A DNA stretch of 64,000 bases, taken from an uncultured Muribaculaceae bacterium (GTDB lineage Bacteria; Bacteroidota; Bacteroidia; Bacteroidales; Muribaculaceae). Positions within the stretch are counted from its first letter, which is position 1; each line of letters starts with the position of its first letter. Position numbers and translations under genes: made by a program. The notes below the pieces were generated by a model. The model saw only the letters and a list, made by a program, of their open reading frames with translations. It was not told where the DNA came from and made no database searches. Below are positions 59,756-64,000 of the stretch, in pieces. The stretch spans positions 16,428 through 80,427 of the forward strand of contig CAJTYD010000002.1 in NCBI GenBank assembly GCA_910583775.1. Reading direction: 5' to 3'.

Positions 59756-60736
59756 TCAGAAAATCCTGATCCTGACCTCCATCAGCAGATAGAACGCCAC
59801 ATACGCAAGCATCACTCCGAAGATGATCGATTTGCTCTTCCTGACGTTCCAGAGCGCGAAGACATTCGCGATCTGCACGGCAGAAATCATATATACCGTG
59901 GCCAGATAGGCGGTGAGGTTGCTGAAGTCGCAGCAGATGCAGGCCACGCATCCGAGACCCAGGATGTTGATGGCGTTGTTATAAAGCCGGCGCCGCGAAT
60001 TGCCCGCGTAGAGCTTGACGGCGCAGTTGAGCGATATCATCAGCGAAAGCAGGATCGTAAGCCCCACGTTGAGCAAGCCGAAAAGCAGGTCCTCGCCCGT
60101 GGTGAATCCGTCGAAAAGATTTGTGAGCGTCGGGAGAGAGAACTGTTCCGGCTTTATCAGCCCGAACCCCAGGGCCACCCAGTAGGGAGCCGCCAGACCC
60201 ATCAGCATGGCGAGGAATTCCTTGAACCGGAAGCATTTCAGAATCACCGCTATAAGTGTGTAAAGCGGAATCATGAAGACGAAGGCATACTGCACCATCG
60301 ATCCGATCGAGAGCAACGTGGCCACTGAAAATATCTGCTGGGTGGCGTTTCGCGACTTATACTGCCCGAAAAGCACCATCAGGCAGATGAGATTCACGAC
60401 AACAAGGATCATCGACGAGGTCAGCTCGGCGTTTATCCAGGGGATGGAGGCCGTCATCACCAGGAACCCTGACGGCAGAAGCATGTCGGGACTGCTGACG
60501 AAGTTATAGGTCTTGTTGAAGAAATAGAGCATTATTCCCGCCACAAGCAGCAAGATCAGATTGATGATCCACGACGCGAGAGGCAGTATCTGCCACTCGT
60601 TCGGCGAAGGCAGACAGAGACCGAGTTCACCCAGCAGGCGCTGCTCCGAACCGTGGATGAACGTAAAGGCGCTCATCGCGCATGCGAGCACGATGGCAAA
60701 CAGATATCCGCCTATGCCGACTGTCTTATATCTCAT
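59756..60736 (-). CDS. Polytopic membrane protein, hypothetical (DUF6427-like)
   Basis: 326 aa, about 9 hydrophobic segments; overlaps the upstream gene end. Confidence 0.7.
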   Translation of the reverse strand: MRYKTVGIGGYLFAIVLACAMSAFTFIHGSEQRLLGELGLCLPSPNEWQILPLASWIINLILLLVAGIMLYFFNKTYNFVSSPDMLLPSGFLVMTASIPWINAELTSSMILVVVNLICLMVLFGQYKSRNATQQIFSVATLLSIGSMVQYAFVFMIPLYTLIAVILKCFRFKEFLAMLMGLAAPYWVALGFGLIKPEQFSLPTLTNLFDGFTTGEDLLFGLLNVGLTILLSLMISLNCAVKLYAGNSRRRLYNNAINILGLGCVACICCDFSNLTAYLATVYMISAVQIANVFALWNVRKSKSIIFGVMLAYVAFYLLMEVRIRIF

Positions 60737-62435
60737 CCTCTCCCGTTTTTTTCGGACGGCGCGAGCGCATAGGCCTTTCCGAGAAAATTATGGCGTCGGA
60801 TTCCGGAAGCCTCGGGCCGCGAGAAGTGGTGATCACCGGGCCACGGTCTTTCCTGAAACCGCCTTTGCCTCCGGAATCACGTTTCCCTCCGAAATCGCCT
60901 TTGCCGCGGAAGTCACCCTTGCCGCCTCTATCGTCGCGGCCTCCTTTGAATCCCTTGCCTCCCCTGCGGTCGTCTCTGTCGGATCTGCCGAATTTTCCGC
61001 TTCTTTCGAAACGGTCGTCCGCATCGAATCTATCTTTTCTCTCAAACCTGTCGCTTCTTTCGAAACGGTCGTTTCTATCGAATTTATCGCCTCTGTCGGA
61101 GCGCGCCGGCTTGCGGAAACGGTCGCCGCCATCCTTTCTGTCGTCGTGACGCGAGGGTTTCTTCTTGGTGTCGTGGCCGTATTTATGGGTTTCCTTGCGC
61201 CATTCGTCATCGGAAAGATGTTTCATCTTGCGCGGAGCGCGACGCTCGTCATCCTCGTCGTAATGACCCACGGAGCCGCCTTCGGCACGGAAGTCGGAAT
61301 AGCGGCCGTCGAAAAGCACGTATTCGCGAAGCGAGCACTCGAGGTTTCCGTTAAGCAGAGGAATCTTTACCGAAGGCTTAAGGCCGATATTGGCGAAATC
61401 CTCGTCGTTGAGACCGATGATCCAGGCGTGCCAGCCTGAGAAATTCTGCTTCAGACAGGTGCCTATTCCCTTATAAAGCGCCGTCATGTCTTCCGGACGC
61501 AGACGCTCGCCGTAGGGCGGGTTGGTGATCAGGATGCCGGGGTCCGGATTGTCGGTCCATTCCGACATGGGGCGGCATGAAAGCTCGATCATGTCTTCCA
61601 CCTTTGCCTCGCGGATATTCTTCCGGGCGATCGCAACTGCCTCGGGATCGATGTCGCCCCCATAGATCTTATATGAAAACTCGCATTCGGCGCTGTCGTC
61701 GTTATAAAGCTCCTCGAAAAGGTCCTTGTCGAAGTCCGGCCATTTCTCGAAAGCGAATTCCTGGCGGTAGATGCCGGGATTGATGTTGGCGGCTATGAGG
61801 GCGGCCTCGGTGAGGAAAGTTCCCGAACCGCACATCGGATCTACGAAATTGCAGTCGCCGCGCCAGCCGGTCTTCATGATGATGCCGGCTGCAAGCACCT
61901 CGTTGATGGGAGCCTTAGTCTGATCTACCTTATATCCGCGTTTCGACAGCGGCTCGCCGCTCGAATCGAGCGAGATCGTGACGCGGTCCTCGAAAATATG
62001 GACGTTAAACATCACGTCGGCGCCCGTGACACGCACAGACGGGCGCACGCCCGCCTTGTCGCGGAAATGGTCAACTATACCGTCCTTGACGCGGTAGGTA
62101 ACATATTTCGAATGCGTGAAATCCTCGCTGCTCACCGTCGAATCGATGGCGAACGTCGTTTCCGGAGTCATATATTTCTCCCATTCTATCTCGCGGACCA
62201 TGTCATAAAGCTCGTCGGGGTCTGAGGCCGTGAATTTCTCGATCGGCTTCAGTATCCGCAACGCAGTGCGGCAACAGAGGTTGGCCTTGTACATCATCGC
62301 CAGATCACCTTCGAAACTGACCATGCGGCGCCCCATTTCTACATTCTCGGCGCCAAGAGATATCAATTCGTCACGAAGCACATCCTCAAGACCCTGAAAA
62401 GTCTTGGCTACCATGGGAAACTTGTTCTCGTCCAT
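60726..62435 (-). CDS. THUMP-domain 23S rRNA methyltransferase (RlmL-like) with low-complexity charged tail
   Basis: AKTFQGLE, SLDSSGEPLSKRGY, APINEVLAAG, DPMCGSGT, TNPPYGERL. Confidence 0.92.
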   Translation of the reverse strand: MDENKFPMVAKTFQGLEDVLRDELISLGAENVEMGRRMVSFEGDLAMMYKANLCCRTALRILKPIEKFTASDPDELYDMVREIEWEKYMTPETTFAIDSTVSSEDFTHSKYVTYRVKDGIVDHFRDKAGVRPSVRVTGADVMFNVHIFEDRVTISLDSSGEPLSKRGYKVDQTKAPINEVLAAGIIMKTGWRGDCNFVDPMCGSGTFLTEAALIAANINPGIYRQEFAFEKWPDFDKDLFEELYNDDSAECEFSYKIYGGDIDPEAVAIARKNIREAKVEDMIELSCRPMSEWTDNPDPGILITNPPYGERLRPEDMTALYKGIGTCLKQNFSGWHAWIIGLNDEDFANIGLKPSVKIPLLNGNLECSLREYVLFDGRYSDFRAEGGSVGHYDEDDERRAPRKMKHLSDDEWRKETHKYGHDTKKKPSRHDDRKDGGDRFRKPARSDRGDKFDRNDRFERSDRFERKDRFDADDRFERSGKFGRSDRDDRRGGKGFKGGRDDRGGKGDFRGKGDFGGKRDSGGKGGFRKDRGPVITTSRGPRLPESDAIIFSERPMRSRRPKKTGEDEI

Positions 62436-62582
62436 ATATTTCTTTTCTCACCGCGGTGCGGTTCAGGCTGATTTAAGTCGGCAGAATGTCTTGAATCATC
62501 TCAACCTGCAACCTGCCCGGAGTGAATCCTTTCCAATCAGATAATTAAATGTTGTATCTTAGTTTTATATTTCTCTTTTATT

Positions 62583-63974
62583 TCAAAAATCACCCTCTCC
62601 GAAGGTAATTGTGGCACCCTTCTCGAACTCATGGCTGTTTTCAGGCCGCTTAGCGGGCACCGGCTCCTTGAGCTTACGCAGACGCTCGTTGAAATCAGGA
62701 GCGCGGTTATAGGCAGGCTCGCGCTCGAGGAGGGCGATAACGTCGTAGTCGTCAAACTGGTCGGGCGTCAGCACGGCATATTTCAGCTTCACCGCGTCGC
62801 GGGTATGCTTCTTGATCTTGTCGTGGCCATAGACTTCCGCCATGTTGGAAAGAGCAGCTTTCTTCGCCGTGTCGACGGTCGGAGCCGAGGGATTTTCATC
62901 CTGCGGACGCATCACGATCTTCTTCTCCTCCTTTTCGCCGTTTCCTTCCTTGCCCGTCTTGATGGTGACGTCGAATCCCGAAGCGAGCACCGTGATCTTG
63001 ACCTTATCGCCAAGCTCGGGATTGTCGCCGATACCCCATTTGACATCGATCGAAGGGGGAAGCTTGGCGGTGAAGTTATAGATCTCGGCGATCTCCTCGG
63101 CGCGAAGCGGATTCTCCGCGTCTTTAGAGGCCATAAACTTGAGCAGAAGGCGCTTGGAGGTGAAGATATCGTGCTTCTTGAGCAAAGGAGAATGCAGCGC
63201 CTCGTGGATCGCCTTCGAGATGCGGTTCTCCCCCTCGCCGTAAGCGGTGGAGATGATCGCCGTTCCCGAATCGCGGAGGGTGGTCTTCACGTCCTGGAAA
63301 TCGACGTTGATATAGCAAGGCTCGGAGATGATCTCAGAAATACTTCTCGCGGCGTTGGCGAGTGTCTCGTCGGCCTTTCCGAAAGCCGTGAAGAAACTGA
63401 AGTCCTTATAAAGCTCGATCAGGTTCTGGTTGTTGATCATCAGCAGCGCGTCGACATGCCTGGCCATCTCGTCGGCTCCCTCGAGAGCCTTGATAATCTT
63501 CTTGTCGCCCTCGAAAAGGAATGGCACCGTCACGATTCCGATGGTCAGAATACCCATCTCCTTGGCGATGCGGGCCACCACGGGAGCCGCCCCCGTACCG
63601 GTGCCTCCGCCCATTCCGGCGGTGATGAACACCATCTCCGTGTTGTCCTTGAAGAGCTCGCGGATCTGTTCCTCGGAGCTCTCGGCGCATTTGCGGCCCA
63701 CGACCGGGTCGTTGCCCGCTCCGAGACCATGCACGATCGATTCGCCGAGCACAAGCTTGTTGGGGACATTGGTTATGCGTTCAAGATGCTGGATATCGGT
63801 GTTGCATACAACAAAATTCACATACGGGATATTCTGCTGATACATATAGTTGACGGCGTTGCAGCCGCCGCCTCCCACACCGATCACCTTGATGATCGAC
63901 TCGTCGGTTTTATTTGCGAAACTCGAGACGTCGCTGATGTCGGGTATGTCGGGATTAATATTATCCTGTTCCAT
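62583..63974 (-). CDS. ftsZ: Cell division protein FtsZ
   Basis: IKVIGVGGGGCNAV, NTD, GLGAG, AGMGGGTGTG, INVDFQDV. Confidence 0.96.
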   Translation of the reverse strand: MEQDNINPDIPDISDVSSFANKTDESIIKVIGVGGGGCNAVNYMYQQNIPYVNFVVCNTDIQHLERITNVPNKLVLGESIVHGLGAGNDPVVGRKCAESSEEQIRELFKDNTEMVFITAGMGGGTGTGAAPVVARIAKEMGILTIGIVTVPFLFEGDKKIIKALEGADEMARHVDALLMINNQNLIELYKDFSFFTAFGKADETLANAARSISEIISEPCYINVDFQDVKTTLRDSGTAIISTAYGEGENRISKAIHEALHSPLLKKHDIFTSKRLLLKFMASKDAENPLRAEEIAEIYNFTAKLPPSIDVKWGIGDNPELGDKVKITVLASGFDVTIKTGKEGNGEKEEKKIVMRPQDENPSAPTVDTAKKAALSNMAEVYGHDKIKKHTRDAVKLKYAVLTPDQFDDYDVIALLEREPAYNRAPDFNERLRKLKEPVPAKRPENSHEFEKGATITFGEGDF

Positions 63975-64000
63975 CGGAATATATTTTTCGTGTTTTGTAT

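Overview
Chromosomal segment of a Bacteroidales bacterium. Support: a SusC/SusD pair, a hybrid two-component system, type V pilins and TAnnTTTG promoters. Muribaculaceae is plausible but is my inference. Most of the window is housekeeping (yebC, pheT, psd/pssA, tRNA-Pro, birA, tsaE, lpxB, glsA, pckA, ferritin, mscL, gap, queG, rnhA, pdxB, ftsZ). Accessory parts are a type V fimbrial locus (5.2-12.4 kb), an AT-rich C10 protease + serpin pair (27.3-29.9 kb), a minimal susCD/HTCS locus and a deleted RND efflux operon. The most striking item is a compact six-gene phage head/DNA-packaging module (31.5-37.0 kb): intact large terminase, scaffold-like protein, probable major capsid protein and head-completion-like protein. 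It sits between lpxB and susC with no integrase, replication, portal, tail or lysis genes, and has host-type promoters, so it is a candidate domesticated, gene-transfer-agent-like system. Intergenic DNA carries several small repeat families: a 182-bp MITE with TAA/TTA target duplications, a 386-bp MITE, REP-like clusters, and a palindromic element with conserved arms around a fixed-length 23-nt variable core. All product calls come from motif recognition by eye; no database search was run.
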